A DNA stretch of 64,000 nt, from the NCBI GenBank assembly GCA_964247055.1, contig OZ176053.1, positions 5,828,001 to 5,892,000 of the forward strand, read 5' to 3'. The notes beneath the pieces are model-generated. The model ran no database searches. It was not told where the DNA came from and saw only the letters and a program-made list of their open reading frames with translations. The DNA is from Paragordius varius. Lineage: Eukaryota; Animalia; Nematomorpha. Within the stretch, counting starts at the first letter, position 1; each line of letters opens with the position of its first letter. Of this stretch, positions 63,549 through 64,000 are shown piece after piece. The position numbers and the translations under genes were made by a program.

Positions 63549-64000
63549 GCATATATGTAATTATTTTTATATATAAAACTTAAATTATTTTTTGAAAGCT
63601 ATATATTGGGTAAACTCCACATATATATTAAATATATGATGGTAAAGAAAAATTTAAAATCTTTTATCGCATAATCGCAAATTTTTATTCAAATTGACGT
63701 AAATTGATATTTATTTTTAATTCTTGTAAGTCTTTCAAGTTTTAAGTAATAGATTCATATAATTAATAAACACTAACAAATTAAATTTAGTTGACGCGTT
63801 TTCATCTATCGTATTTATTTCCATTCAACCTAATGTACAATAAAATACGATTTTTCAATTTTGGCCTATCAATAAAATTAATTATTTCTAGTATCTTAAC
63901 CGCATTTATCGTTTCATTATCTATTATCAGAAGCTTTTAGATATAATTAGATTATGATTTATATTTATTTTTTTGGAGCGTACCGTGGTTGATATCGGTT

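Noticed and set aside
1-64000. Ciliate origin or non-standard genetic code suggested by the tiny introns; species assignment
   Set aside because: The conserved genes translate with the standard code and end in TAA, and MET-like and NR2E genes are metazoan. Nothing in the window identifies the species, so none is named.
1-64000. tRNA, rRNA, snRNA or spliced-leader genes
   Set aside because: No recognisable signature was found by eye. tRNAscan-SE and Infernal were not run.

Overview
Very AT-rich animal (metazoan) genomic DNA, standard genetic code, GT-AG introns; the species cannot be identified from this window. Five spliced protein-coding genes can be reconstructed by hand: the 5' part of an AT-hook protein gene (-, runs off the left edge), WDR82 (+), COG5 (-), a MET/RON-family receptor tyrosine kinase (+) and a tailless/TLX (NR2E1)-like nuclear receptor (-). 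The last four are tightly packed, with 132-324 bp between their CDS ends, yet several introns are inflated by transposons: an RTE LINE nested in a hAT, hAT MITEs, a TA-flanked MITE family and a ~160-bp-monomer repeat element. A mariner remnant and a 1.25-kb foldback nested in a hAT MITE lie outside the genes at the right end. Main observations: (1) a class of ultra-short 24-29 nt introns, five consecutive in COG5 and one in WDR82, coexisting with kb-sized introns; (2) a Tailless-type receptor with an intact DNA-binding domain, a 19-nt P-box microexon and no recognisable ligand-binding domain; (3) COG5 and the RTK head-to-head with about 132 bp between start codons. All gene models are manual and need RNA-seq confirmation. 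No tRNA, rRNA or CRISPR array was seen.
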